A stretch of 64,000 nucleotides of DNA from Limisphaerales bacterium (GCA_965657355.1 CBFHOE010000009.1:32001-96000), one strand, 5' to 3'. Counted from the stretch's first letter, positions 49,347-59,524 are shown. Program-made: numbers and translations. Notes: a model not told the origin generated them from the sequence alone.

Positions 49347-52283
49347 TTACTTTCCGTATATTAATTCTCCTGAGGTCTTATTTCGCCAAACAAATAATTC
49401 AGGATTAAAATTAAAATGGCTTTTTGTCGGTTTGGGCATTACCCATTCGGATTTGATACAAGATTTCAAGGCTCTGATTTTGGTTTTCAAATATGGAGAT
49501 TTAGAGATGTTGTTCCATTCGTATGGATCGATGGATAAATCATAGAGCTCTTCTCCACCATCACTGTATTGGATGAAATGATAATCACCAACTCTTACAG
49601 AGGTGTTTTTATATTTGTATTCAATTAATACTGGCCGGGGAGACGCATTGGATAAGCCGCCCAATAATGGCTGCAGAGATTGCCCGTCCAAATTCGCAAT
49701 CTCATTCAAAGAGCAGGCCTCAATAAGCGTCGGGAAAATATCAATAAGACTGACAGGCATTTTGTAGACTGCTGGTTTTACATCAGGACCGGAAATAATA
49801 AATGGAACTCGAGTCGCTTCCTCCCAAAGCGTCGATTTATGCCAATGCCCTTTTTCACCTAAATGCCAGCCATGGTCAGACCAAAAAACTATTATCGTAT
49901 TATGAGCATAAGGACTCTGATTAAGGGCTTTCAGCAAACGGCCAATTTGTGCATCTGCAAAGCTGATACTCGCTAAATATGCCTGGACTGCTTCCTTATA
50001 TTTAGATTCTTTTTTTATAGTCAAAAAATCTTTTTGGCGAGCCCGCCCCCACTTTTTTCCTTGAACTGGAACATCATCAAGATCTTTTTCTAAAATTTTT
50101 GGGAGTTGGACCTCATCCAATGAGTATAAATCAAAATATTTTTGAGGAACATACCAGGGAAGATGTGGCCTAAATAAACCACATGCGAGAAAAAATGGAC
50201 TCCCGTGATTTTTGTTTAGAAAATTGATAGCAAAATCAACGCTTTTATTATCATCATACTCATCCTCACTGAGAGGGATGACACCCCAGTCATTTTCGTG
50301 TCCTAAACCATTTACCCCACTGTAAGGGAAGTCTTTAGGATTTGGAGAAACTTCGCTCCATGGATAATTTAGTTTCGATCCGCGAAACCAAGGATCATCT
50401 TTAAATCGATAAGGCAAGAATGCATCCCATTGGTTCGGAGGATGATTGCCTGCCGTATGATGAAATATCTTTCCAGCACCAGCAACTTGATATCCGTGAT
50501 TTCGAAAATGAGCAGGTATAGTCAAAACGCCTGGCAAATTGGGATACCACCAATGACCATTATCATAGATACCGGTTGAGGATGGCATAAGCCCCGTCAT
50601 TACGGCAGCGCGTGATGGAGCACATTTTGGCGAAGGGCAATAAGCCTTTTCAAATAAAACCCCTCTAGAGGCTAATGCATCTATATTTGGAGTATAAACT
50701 GTACCCTCGTATCCACCTAAGCACCCTACCCAATCCTTCATGTCATCAACGGCTAAAAAAAGTACATTGGGACGCGTCTTTTTATCTTTGAGATTATTCG
50801 GTGGTGGGAGACTACCTTTCCAATTATTTTTTAATAGTTTTCCATGTTCTTTAATCACATGTTTGAACTCATCAACGGCAGCTACATTAATTGTTTCATT
50901 GGGATCTGTTCTGTGGTCGTATAATTCTTGAGCCACTGTTTTTTTTGTTTTGTTTTCGCGCCATTCAACGTAGCGAAAAGACTGGGTGCGGACCGAATAC
51001 CCCATTATATCCCCCTTCCCTTTGTGTCGGGCATTTTTATATGCCCGAGGCCATTGGGTGAAAGCTGCTTTTTTCCATTCTTGTATAGGGTTAGAAAATA
51101 ATGGGATCATGCTAGTGCCCTCGCGGTCTGGGGACACTTCAATAGAACACAAACCAGCAAGTGTTGGATAAATATCAACTAATTCAACCAGAGCGGGTGA
51201 TGTGATGTTTTTGTAAGGCAAATCGTTATGTGAGATAATGAGCGGGACGCGCGCTGATAATTCATAATTATTGGCTTTTGTCCAAAGACCTTGCTCACCA
51301 AGGTGAAATCCATGATCACCGACGAGAACAATAATTGTATCATCCGTTAGGTGTAACCTTTCAAGCTCATTCAGGAGCTGCCCCACTTGTGCATCCATGT
51401 AGCTAACGCACGCATAATACCCGTGACGCAATTCTTTTACCTTTTCTATATTTAACTTCCCGTCATTGGGTATATCAGTGTATCCCTCAAGCTCTCGCCA
51501 AGAGCGTATAGCCAACTCAGGAGCTAAATCAGGATGAGAACCACTTCTGGGAAGAGGGATCTCTTCCCGATCATATAATTCCCAATATTTTTTAGGGGCA
51601 TTAAATGGTAGGTGTGGTTTTCGAAAACCGACTGCCAAGAAAAAATTTTTATCAGCGGCTTTATGCCTTCTTAAAAATGAAATAGCTGACTCACATACCA
51701 AACCATCGACATAACCTTTATCACCTGATTCTGTAAATTCTGAAGAGGGCCCTTTGAGGCCTTTGAGGGTTGAGAGGTTTTTTGGGTCGGCATATCGATA
51801 GTGGGGATCACGAGCAATATCTAAAATCGGTTCCAGACTCCACGATGGAGAATCTTTTGATCCCCTCCCGCCTCCATGATAAATTTTCCCAATAGATTGT
51901 GTGATATAATCATTTTGTTTGAAAAGCTGGGGCAAGGAAACGGCTTGTGGGTATTTATCTCTGAAGTGCCGCTTCAAATCCCATACCTCAATGGTATCAG
52001 GGCGCAAACCCGTTAACATTGAATGCCTAGACGCGTTACACACGGCCATCTGGCAATAAGCACGAGTAAAAATTACCCCTTCATTTGCCAGCCTATCTAT
52101 GTTTGGTGTTTGCGCTATGTTGTCCCCATAACACCCTAGGGATGGCCTCAAGTCATCAACAACAATAAAAAGTACATTTTTGGCATTGCCGTATGATTCT
52201 CCAAAACTCAGCCAATGAATTATGAATAAAACAATGAAGCCCAAAAATTGAGTTTGCAACCTTGAAATGTGGGATGAAATCAT
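49347..52283 (-). CDS. Tandem double sulfatase (two iduronate/choline-sulfatase-like domains)
   Basis: Domain 1: NVLFIVVDDLRP..VCNASRHS..GDHGFHLGE. Linker PPPNNLKDKK. Domain 2: RPNVLFLAVDDMKDW..KCAPSRAA..WSDHGWHLGEK. Confidence 0.93.
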   Translation of the reverse strand: MISSHISRLQTQFLGFIVLFIIHWLSFGESYGNAKNVLFIVVDDLRPSLGCYGDNIAQTPNIDRLANEGVIFTRAYCQMAVCNASRHSMLTGLRPDTIEVWDLKRHFRDKYPQAVSLPQLFKQNDYITQSIGKIYHGGGRGSKDSPSWSLEPILDIARDPHYRYADPKNLSTLKGLKGPSSEFTESGDKGYVDGLVCESAISFLRRHKAADKNFFLAVGFRKPHLPFNAPKKYWELYDREEIPLPRSGSHPDLAPELAIRSWRELEGYTDIPNDGKLNIEKVKELRHGYYACVSYMDAQVGQLLNELERLHLTDDTIIVLVGDHGFHLGEQGLWTKANNYELSARVPLIISHNDLPYKNITSPALVELVDIYPTLAGLCSIEVSPDREGTSMIPLFSNPIQEWKKAAFTQWPRAYKNARHKGKGDIMGYSVRTQSFRYVEWRENKTKKTVAQELYDHRTDPNETINVAAVDEFKHVIKEHGKLLKNNWKGSLPPPNNLKDKKTRPNVLFLAVDDMKDWVGCLGGYEGTVYTPNIDALASRGVLFEKAYCPSPKCAPSRAAVMTGLMPSSTGIYDNGHWWYPNLPGVLTIPAHFRNHGYQVAGAGKIFHHTAGNHPPNQWDAFLPYRFKDDPWFRGSKLNYPWSEVSPNPKDFPYSGVNGLGHENDWGVIPLSEDEYDDNKSVDFAINFLNKNHGSPFFLACGLFRPHLPWYVPQKYFDLYSLDEVQLPKILEKDLDDVPVQGKKWGRARQKDFLTIKKESKYKEAVQAYLASISFADAQIGRLLKALNQSPYAHNTIIVFWSDHGWHLGEKGHWHKSTLWEEATRVPFIISGPDVKPAVYKMPVSLIDIFPTLIEACSLNEIANLDGQSLQPLLGGLSNASPRPVLIEYKYKNTSVRVGDYHFIQYSDGGEELYDLSIDPYEWNNISKSPYLKTKIRALKSCIKSEWVMPKPTKSHFNFNPELFVWRNKTSGELIYGK

Positions 52284-52462
52284 TGAAGGGAAATATACCA
52301 AATTTATTCTTAGAGTCGATCCGGTATATTCCTACACAAAGCCTTAATCCGCCAAATATTTCTATAAAATAAGAGGTCAGCTCATTTTCTCATCGAGGTT
52401 AAAACGGGAAGAAAAATTAATAGAAGCAATAAATTATTTGTTTTCCCCGGAAGAGAATAATT

Positions 52463-52489
52463 AAAAAAAAAGGGCTGCGAACAGCCCTT
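52463..52489 (-). terminator. Rho-independent terminator of the 52499-54589 gene
   Basis: Minus strand reads AAGGGCTG-TTCG-CAGCCCTT followed by a T run, 9 nt after the stop codon. Confidence 0.88.
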
Positions 52490-52498
52490 GGAAATTAT

Positions 52499-54589
52499 TT
52501 ACAACTTTTCATACACTAGAAATTTGGTTGGGTCTCCATTTCCATTGCGCCAAATGCCACGCATTTGTTCATACCATTTATTATCGTGTACTTTGTATAT
52601 TGAGTGGTAAGTGAAATCTGAGTGGTAGGCATAAAAATGATTCAATCCACCTTTAATCTCGATCTTCATTGGAACGATGACTTTATTTATTAATTGCCCA
52701 TCTGAGTCATAAGTTTCTAATTGTTCTGTTCCGTGGGTGATTTGCTTTATGCGATAACTGCCATCATCATGCGTATGTTTCCAAGAACCAATAAGTTTAT
52801 TCCACTCGTTTTTAACAGGTCTTAACGATAAGTCGGTTTTTAGGATGATCTCAAATTCTGGTCCATCAGACATTTCACGCAAAGAATCCCAATTAACCTC
52901 TGGCTTGTTTATCATGGTCATTGCAGTTTTTATATTAGATTGCCAGGTTTCCTGATCCGGTAAATTCTCGTCTGACTTAAAATGTAAGGTTGCAAAATCA
53001 TGATTTACCCCGGGTCTAGTGGATTGAATCAAACGGTGCATGGCCCAAGCACCAAAACTCGGATCAAGATTTGAAACGACTTGGAAAAAAGGTTTGGCCC
53101 TTGTTCTTTCAGCAGATAGGTATTCCTGCTGTTTTCCGCTTTTCACATTCATGTATCCCCTGCTTATTCGAGATATATCCATTGTACCGGAATCCGGTGA
53201 CCAATACTGATCAACAGCCTGATGCACGTCACTTCCCGCGGCTTGCACAAAAGGCCATGTTCGGCTTCCTAAATCCTCCCTACTTCCCACTGCCGTGTAA
53301 TCCAACTCATCCCAGATTTTTTGGTTTTGCATATCTTCCATTGTGGCATAGACCTGAACTGTCGCGAAATTTGGTTCTCCTTTTTCAGCGTTTACAATCT
53401 TAGCCAGGTGCCAATGGATCAAGGCACCTTTTTCCATCCTTTGTTCATGAAGCCCTTTCCATTCCTGTTCTGCAGCCAGATAAGCTGCAATATCTTTTTC
53501 TTTGACAACTTTGAAATCGGTTTTGAGAAAACCAGTGAATCTTTCAGATTCTTGGCTCCTTTGAAAATATGAGCGGTGAGTTTTTTCACCTTTAGTTTCT
53601 ATGTTTTCGTCATTAGAAACTTGGACCTTCTTGAGGACATAGCTATTTTCAGTGTCAGTATAATTACCATTTTCTTTTGACTGCCATTTCGAATATATCT
53701 CGTCATCCGAAAGAAATAATCTAATCAGGCGCCCATTACCCTGTCTTTGCCCTGTGGTTAAGCCTCCCATGAAATCCCAGCCACCAACACGTGAAAAACC
53801 GTTTTTGTTAATGGACCACATGACGAGTTCGTCATTAGAATGATTTCTGCGAGTCAAATTATAACCAGCACCTGCTGAATTTCCCTCTTCATCAAAGAAA
53901 ACCCACCTTTCATGAAGGCTCGAACCTAAATTACCTCGAGAAAAGCGAGTACGTAAGTTAATACTGCCGTCCGTTTTAAATGACTCCCATGTCCCATGAA
54001 GTTCTTTCAACCTCTCGTCTAATACTGGCATCTTATTTCTAGCCCAGACGATTTCATTTTGTTCCGCCGGGTTATAGTTAATTTTATGAGCTTGAATGAT
54101 AGGCGTTTCATCTTGATAGGACCGACCAGGTCCAACAACTTGATTAGATTGTTCTTTGAAAAAGTCGCCTCTTTCATTCCACGAAATTTCGATCTGACCA
54201 GAGACATTTCCTGACGACGAAACTCCCGAAAAGGTGACGACACTTCCATTGTCCATAAATCTTTCAGTTGATCGCCCCAAATGGCCATTAGAGTGACACC
54301 ATAGTCTGTCTCCTATTCCACTTACAGGAACTGTTTGAAAGACGCTCCACCCTTGTATGGGTTCAAGGGTCTCTGAATCAATGCTGACCTGAGCGACACG
54401 CTGAACACCAACCACAGAATCTGTCCAATACCATCTAAATCCTTGAGAGGTGTTGCCATCGTCGTCAACGGATTTCCATTTCCATACCCCATCGAGTGGA
54501 TGCTTTTCTATTTCTTGAGCCTGTATTGATAATACTATACACGCAGTAAATATTGCCGTAATGAGCTTATAACCGAGTTTTCTTTTCAT
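52499..54589 (-). CDS. Hypothetical exported multidomain protein (696 aa)
   Basis: Long ORF with signal peptide; three LxGxW-starting modules and two repeated central modules; has its own terminator. Confidence 0.85.
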   Translation of the reverse strand: MKRKLGYKLITAIFTACIVLSIQAQEIEKHPLDGVWKWKSVDDDGNTSQGFRWYWTDSVVGVQRVAQVSIDSETLEPIQGWSVFQTVPVSGIGDRLWCHSNGHLGRSTERFMDNGSVVTFSGVSSSGNVSGQIEISWNERGDFFKEQSNQVVGPGRSYQDETPIIQAHKINYNPAEQNEIVWARNKMPVLDERLKELHGTWESFKTDGSINLRTRFSRGNLGSSLHERWVFFDEEGNSAGAGYNLTRRNHSNDELVMWSINKNGFSRVGGWDFMGGLTTGQRQGNGRLIRLFLSDDEIYSKWQSKENGNYTDTENSYVLKKVQVSNDENIETKGEKTHRSYFQRSQESERFTGFLKTDFKVVKEKDIAAYLAAEQEWKGLHEQRMEKGALIHWHLAKIVNAEKGEPNFATVQVYATMEDMQNQKIWDELDYTAVGSREDLGSRTWPFVQAAGSDVHQAVDQYWSPDSGTMDISRISRGYMNVKSGKQQEYLSAERTRAKPFFQVVSNLDPSFGAWAMHRLIQSTRPGVNHDFATLHFKSDENLPDQETWQSNIKTAMTMINKPEVNWDSLREMSDGPEFEIILKTDLSLRPVKNEWNKLIGSWKHTHDDGSYRIKQITHGTEQLETYDSDGQLINKVIVPMKIEIKGGLNHFYAYHSDFTYHSIYKVHDNKWYEQMRGIWRNGNGDPTKFLVYEKL

Positions 54590-54938
54590 TGTCGTATCAA
54601 TTTGGGTTTTGAGGATATATATGAACTTAATAATGATAGTACAAGTTCGTTTTGGAAGTTATATACAAACCAAGACTTGATTATCATATCCGACGTGATT
54701 GGCAATTTATTTACATTATAAAATTTATATAAAATTATAATAGCCAGGCCTATTTTCTAAACACTCGTTCTTGTCATAAAAATTCAATTGAGTTCTACCT
54801 ATATATTTTCCCCAATACATGAAACCAACAGGGCAGTATTTAATTGTTATTGAATTTGTCACAGCAAGGTCACAGCAATGACTCATTACAACGTCCTGAG
54901 GATTTGAATGGCTATGATAAAAAATAAAAATGGATTCC

Positions 54939-56216
54939 TTAATTCATGAATATTTTGGGAAGCCATAGAACGACTTGTGGAAAAATGATTATAATAATCA
55001 TGACGCATATGTTAGCTACAAGGAAAGGTAGTGCCCCCTTAAATATTGTTCCAATTCCCTGACCAGAGATCAAGGAACACACATTGAGACAATTCCCAAC
55101 AGGCGGAGTGCATGCCCCAATCGCGAGACCTATAATAAGTAATACACCGAAGACTATGGGAGAAATTCCTGCATCAATAACTGCAGGTAAAAAAATAGGA
55201 GTTAATAGTAAAATGGCAGGGCTGACATCTATAAATGTTCCCAGAATCAATATGACCAACATAAAAACCAACAACATAATTGTAGGGCTCGGCTGAATCT
55301 GAGAGATGAGCAAGGCAAGGGTTTCAGGAGCACGTTCAATCGCTAAAACCCATACAAAAACCTGGGAGAAAGCAATAATCATCATTATTTTTGCGCTGGT
55401 CTGCATGGTTGATTTCAAGGCTACCCAAAATTGTGCCCATGTAAGATTTCGGATAATGAACCCACCAACAATAATGGCATAAAGCACCCCGAAACCAGAT
55501 GACTCAGTGGCAGTTGCTACCCCAAAAACCACAACACCCACCACAATGAGCGGCATAATCAAAACGTGCAGAGATTGAATCAATTGAGTAACAAAAATTT
55601 TTGAGTTAAGAGCAACATCTTCTTTTGGATATTTTTTTCTGAGTGCAATTTGATGGACAATAACTAATTGAAAAAAACCCACCATGAGTCCAGGAATGAC
55701 GCCCCCGAGAAATAACTGTCCCACAGATTCCTGCGCTGTTACGGCATAAAGGACGATCGGGATACTTGGGGGAATTATCATTCCCATTGTCGATGAAGCA
55801 ACAGTAAGGCCAGAAGCAAAGGAAATAGGATAGCCTCTCTTCTTCATTTCAGGAATCAGAACCGACCCAATAGATGCTGTATCGGAGGTTGATGATCCAG
55901 AAATTCCTCCAAATAGCATACTGGATCCAACATTCACTAAACCTAATCCTCCGTAGAACCGGCCGACAAACAAAAGACAGAACTGAATTAATCGTTGAGT
56001 TATGCCCCCTGCATTCATCAGCTGACCCATTAAAATAAACATGGGTAAGGCAATTAAGGCGTATGACTCCATACCTGCAAATAATCGTTGGGGTATTACT
56101 GGCAGTAAATCCGGCTGTACGAATATAAAATAAATAAATGAGGACAACCCCAAAGAGTATGCAATTGGGACACCAATCAGGAAGAATAACGCGAAGGCAG
56201 CAAACAGAATAATCAT
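54939..56216 (-). CDS. dctM: TRAP transporter large permease
   Basis: GVPIAYSLG, LIALPMFILMG, FGGISGSSTSD, IIPPSIP, ATATES, CTPPVG; ATG 56216 overlaps the dctQ stop (ATGA). Confidence 0.93.
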   Translation of the reverse strand: MIILFAAFALFFLIGVPIAYSLGLSSFIYFIFVQPDLLPVIPQRLFAGMESYALIALPMFILMGQLMNAGGITQRLIQFCLLFVGRFYGGLGLVNVGSSMLFGGISGSSTSDTASIGSVLIPEMKKRGYPISFASGLTVASSTMGMIIPPSIPIVLYAVTAQESVGQLFLGGVIPGLMVGFFQLVIVHQIALRKKYPKEDVALNSKIFVTQLIQSLHVLIMPLIVVGVVVFGVATATESSGFGVLYAIIVGGFIIRNLTWAQFWVALKSTMQTSAKIMMIIAFSQVFVWVLAIERAPETLALLISQIQPSPTIMLLVFMLVILILGTFIDVSPAILLLTPIFLPAVIDAGISPIVFGVLLIIGLAIGACTPPVGNCLNVCSLISGQGIGTIFKGALPFLVANICVMIIIIIFPQVVLWLPKIFMN

Positions 56217-56701
56217 GATGGTTCCTTCTTCCCGGGTTTCGCTAGTCTTGCTGCGGGTAAAAACTTGAAAAAGCAAAATAGTAAGCTTAGGAAGCAGCCC
56301 AAAGGAATGCTGAGCTGGGCAACCCAACGAGGTAAACCAGTACTCGGCATGAGATAATCTCCCGTATGTTTTATCCAATGTATGCTATAGATAAATGCCA
56401 CCAAATTGATAAGTGCTACAAGAATATCTTGGATCAACACAACTTTCTTTTGTATTACTTCAGGCAATTTCAAAACAAGAAACCTCACAGCCAAATGGTC
56501 CGACTTACCAACGCCCAAAGCGGCTCCAAGAGAAGTAGCATAGACAAATAAAATGACTATAAATTCGTTGGAACCAGTGATGGATTCATTAAAGACATAT
56601 CTCAGAAAAACCAACAAAATCACAATCAGAAAGACAAGTGCCAGGAGAATAGCTAGAGTATTCTCAAGTAACGTCTGAAGTTTCTTTTGGAATTGTTTCA
56701 T
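56213..56701 (-). CDS. dctQ: TRAP transporter small permease
   Basis: 4 TM; VFLRYVFN..SNEF..LGAALG..HLAV; lies between dctP and dctM. Confidence 0.9.
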   Translation of the reverse strand: MKQFQKKLQTLLENTLAILLALVFLIVILLVFLRYVFNESITGSNEFIVILFVYATSLGAALGVGKSDHLAVRFLVLKLPEVIQKKVVLIQDILVALINLVAFIYSIHWIKHTGDYLMPSTGLPRWVAQLSIPLGCFLSLLFCFFKFLPAARLAKPGKKEPS

Positions 56702-56714
56702 CTAAGCAAAATAA

Positions 56715-57725
56715 TCAAGGATTTTGACGCGCGGCTGATTTTGCTTCCTCTATGTCATCAAACGAAAACTCCCCTTTAGAAACAAAATATTTATAGACAG
56801 GCTGAACAGCCTCTTGAAAAGGTTTCAAATTTTCTCCCTCGACATAATTGACATCTAGTTTCTTTGAAAGTTCGTCGATATACTCGGATTCCTTTTCACG
56901 ATTTAATCGATCACTGAGACGCATAGTGTCAACGGCGACTTCATCGAAAATAGTTTTTAGATCATCAGGTAGTTTTTGATACCAATCCAGATTCACCATA
57001 AAAGGGTCAGGCCCTGTTGAATAGTGGGTAATTGTTAGATATTTTGAAACTTCGTCAAATCTGTAATCCCGAATATTGGACGGCGGATTATCCTGCCCAT
57101 CAACAACACCCGTTTGTAATGCCTGATAAGTTTCAACAGCTGGGATTTCTTGAGGCTTCGCACCAAAAGCAATTGCAGTCTGTACGTAAACCTCCTGAGA
57201 TGGGACTCGCATTTTCATCCCTTTCAAATCCCTGGGATGTTTTATCGGGTGCTTACTGTTTGTATGGGCGCGAAAACCCTGTGAAATTCCAGTCGCAGGA
57301 ATGTGAAAACCATTCCTCTTTGCTCCTTGATTAATTTTCCGAGTGAATTCACTGCTCATTAGGCGAATAGCCTGATCCCAGTCATCAACCAGAAATGGAA
57401 GATTAAAAATATTGAATACGGGGTTTGCATCGGCAAAAAACCCACCTCTTGTTCCTTGAATGACCCCCATTGAAAGGAAGTCCATCAGTTCCCTTTCTGT
57501 CCCGAGCACTCCACCGAAGAAGAGATCTACCTTGATTCTCTTATTGGTCCTTTTTTCCAATTCTTCTTTGAAGAAAGTCATGGACTGACTCCTGAGAGAC
57601 CTGACCGGTTGACTATGGGAATACCGGAATGTGATGACCTTGTTTTTCTTAGAACAGGATGTCCCTGTAAATAGTAAGACTACAACCCCCAGGGTAACAA
57701 AAAAATTTGACCTAACACTTAACAT
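56715..57725 (-). CDS. dctP: TRAP substrate-binding protein (probable lipoprotein)
   Basis: FKEELEKRT, GVLGTERE, NLPFL, GFR, DLKGMKMRV, YQALQTGVVDGQDNP; signal ending FTGTSC; start placed at MLSVRS (57725). Confidence 0.92.
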   Translation of the reverse strand: MLSVRSNFFVTLGVVVLLFTGTSCSKKNKVITFRYSHSQPVRSLRSQSMTFFKEELEKRTNKRIKVDLFFGGVLGTERELMDFLSMGVIQGTRGGFFADANPVFNIFNLPFLVDDWDQAIRLMSSEFTRKINQGAKRNGFHIPATGISQGFRAHTNSKHPIKHPRDLKGMKMRVPSQEVYVQTAIAFGAKPQEIPAVETYQALQTGVVDGQDNPPSNIRDYRFDEVSKYLTITHYSTGPDPFMVNLDWYQKLPDDLKTIFDEVAVDTMRLSDRLNREKESEYIDELSKKLDVNYVEGENLKPFQEAVQPVYKYFVSKGEFSFDDIEEAKSAARQNP

Positions 57726-57744
57726 CAGGGGCGGAGACAAGGAA

Positions 57745-58611
57745 TTATCCGAAGAGTTCTTTGAACAAAGGAACAGAAGCGCGGAACCCATCTTCGAAAG
57801 TACCGCCGTCTGGACGATAAACACTTTCAAGTGAAGTCACTCCATCGTATAAATCTTCTTTAAGTCCCCTCGCAATCGGTTCGAGACTGGAAGCTAATTG
57901 CCCTTTTCCGAGTTCACAAAACTCAACTGTTGCTTTGGGCATATCTACAAAAGCATCTTTGATATGAAAATGCCCCATGTATCCTCCTTTCAATGCATCG
58001 AATCCGTCAGGAAATGCTGGTTCGTTCGCATAGAGACAATTCCCAGGGTCCCATAGAATTTTTAGATTTTTGCTCCCCATCTCATCTATGAGTTTTCGAC
58101 CTAACCAAGCTGAAGGAATCATTGCATTATTTCCAGTTTCCAGAACTAATTGAACGCCTTCTCTCTCTGCCAGCTCAACAGGAGGGCGCAGCAGTTCTTT
58201 TAATTTGTCCCAGGCGCCATTGGCAACAACCCAATGGTCGGCTCCACCTTTTCCAAATAATATCATATCCCGACGAAAGCTCATTATTCTGACCAATGGA
58301 CAATTTAATTCTTTAGCCATTTTAATACACCGGTTTAATCCATCCATGTGGGACTTATAGTTCTCATTTTCAATTTCAGTTTGCCCGACGAGCATACCCA
58401 CAAAATTATGGCGTGAGATACAGGAGACCTTGACACCAAACTTGTCGACTAAAGATTTGGCTTTAGCTAATTCATCATCATTGAGATCTCCGACCTCTTT
58501 TTCCCAGAGGTATTGTAATTCAGCATATTCTAATCCAACTTCAGTCATGACTCTGAGAGCATGTTCAAAATCGCGACTGATTCCGTCCGTAATGACTCCT
58601 AATTTTCCCAT
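57745..58611 (-). CDS. Sugar-phosphate isomerase/epimerase (AP-endonuclease-2 TIM barrel)
   Basis: LGVITDGISRDFEHAL, YAEL, LVLET, ILWDPGN, HFHIKD, SLES. Confidence 0.87.
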   Translation of the reverse strand: MGKLGVITDGISRDFEHALRVMTEVGLEYAELQYLWEKEVGDLNDDELAKAKSLVDKFGVKVSCISRHNFVGMLVGQTEIENENYKSHMDGLNRCIKMAKELNCPLVRIMSFRRDMILFGKGGADHWVVANGAWDKLKELLRPPVELAEREGVQLVLETGNNAMIPSAWLGRKLIDEMGSKNLKILWDPGNCLYANEPAFPDGFDALKGGYMGHFHIKDAFVDMPKATVEFCELGKGQLASSLEPIARGLKEDLYDGVTSLESVYRPDGGTFEDGFRASVPLFKELFG

Positions 58612-58633
58612 ATTATCTTATCGTTTGATTTTT

Positions 58634-59524
58634 TTACCATTTGACTTCGGTGTCAGCTATCTGCTCGAGTAATTTGACGATCGACCAGTTATCTTCTTCT
58701 GGGAACATTGAGATTCCAGCCTGGAAGAGTTCTTGTGCGGCAGATGTTGTAAACATGGAAACTCCGTTCTCTCTGGCGAGCCCCATAGTGATACCTAGAT
58801 CTTTGTACATAGTTCCTATTTGACTACCCGTACCTTTAAATTTTCGTTCCATTATGAGTTTGGCGCAGTTTTTGAATAAAGGGCTACTGACCCCACTGGC
58901 AGCAAAAACCTCGTAGAGCACCTCACCTTTAACCCCAGCTTTGGAGCCTAGAACAAGAGATTCAAAAATTGCAGTGAAAGTCGAACCAATCAAAGCTTGG
59001 AGCGAGGCTTTTACAGTTTGTCCCATACCGACTTCTTCACCAACATGAAAGATGTTTTCGCCGACTGCCTTCATGACATCTTGTTGTTGTTCCCAAACCT
59101 CCCTTTTGCCGGAGGCCATCATCGCCAATGTTCCGGCTTGTGCACCATTTTGACCTCCACTGACTGGTGAATCAATCATACTAATTCCAGCCTCAGCGAC
59201 CATTGCACCTACCGATTTCGCTTCAGAAGGATGTATTGTCGCTGTCAGAATAATTGTTTTCCCTTTGGGCATGGCGGCAAGCAAGCCATCCTTCCCGGAT
59301 ATTATGGATTCGACCTGTTTCCCGGTCATAACCATAATAAAGACGACATCACAGGTTTCTCCGATTTGAGCGATCGACTGTGCTTTAGTCCCACCTGCCT
59401 CTTGAAGCAAATCTAATTGGGATTCCCTTAAATCAAATCCGACGAGGTCGAATCCATTTTTGAGGAGATTTTTGGCCATTGAAAGCCCCATATCTCCTAA
59501 GCCTATAAAACCAACTTTTTTCAT
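58634..59524 (-). CDS. Beta-hydroxyacid dehydrogenase (3-hydroxyisobutyrate/LtnD/GarR family)
   Basis: VGFIGLGDMG, DSPVSGG, GTLAMMASG, GMGQTVK (catalytic Lys), MYKDLG. Confidence 0.92.
   Translation of the reverse strand: MKKVGFIGLGDMGLSMAKNLLKNGFDLVGFDLRESQLDLLQEAGGTKAQSIAQIGETCDVVFIMVMTGKQVESIISGKDGLLAAMPKGKTIILTATIHPSEAKSVGAMVAEAGISMIDSPVSGGQNGAQAGTLAMMASGKREVWEQQQDVMKAVGENIFHVGEEVGMGQTVKASLQALIGSTFTAIFESLVLGSKAGVKGEVLYEVFAASGVSSPLFKNCAKLIMERKFKGTGSQIGTMYKDLGITMGLARENGVSMFTTSAAQELFQAGISMFPEEDNWSIVKLLEQIADTEVKW

Noticed and set aside
56217..56378. Upstream extension of dctM (and of dctP at 57726-57830)
   Set aside because: Overlap neighbouring genes; downstream ATGs give normal operon packing
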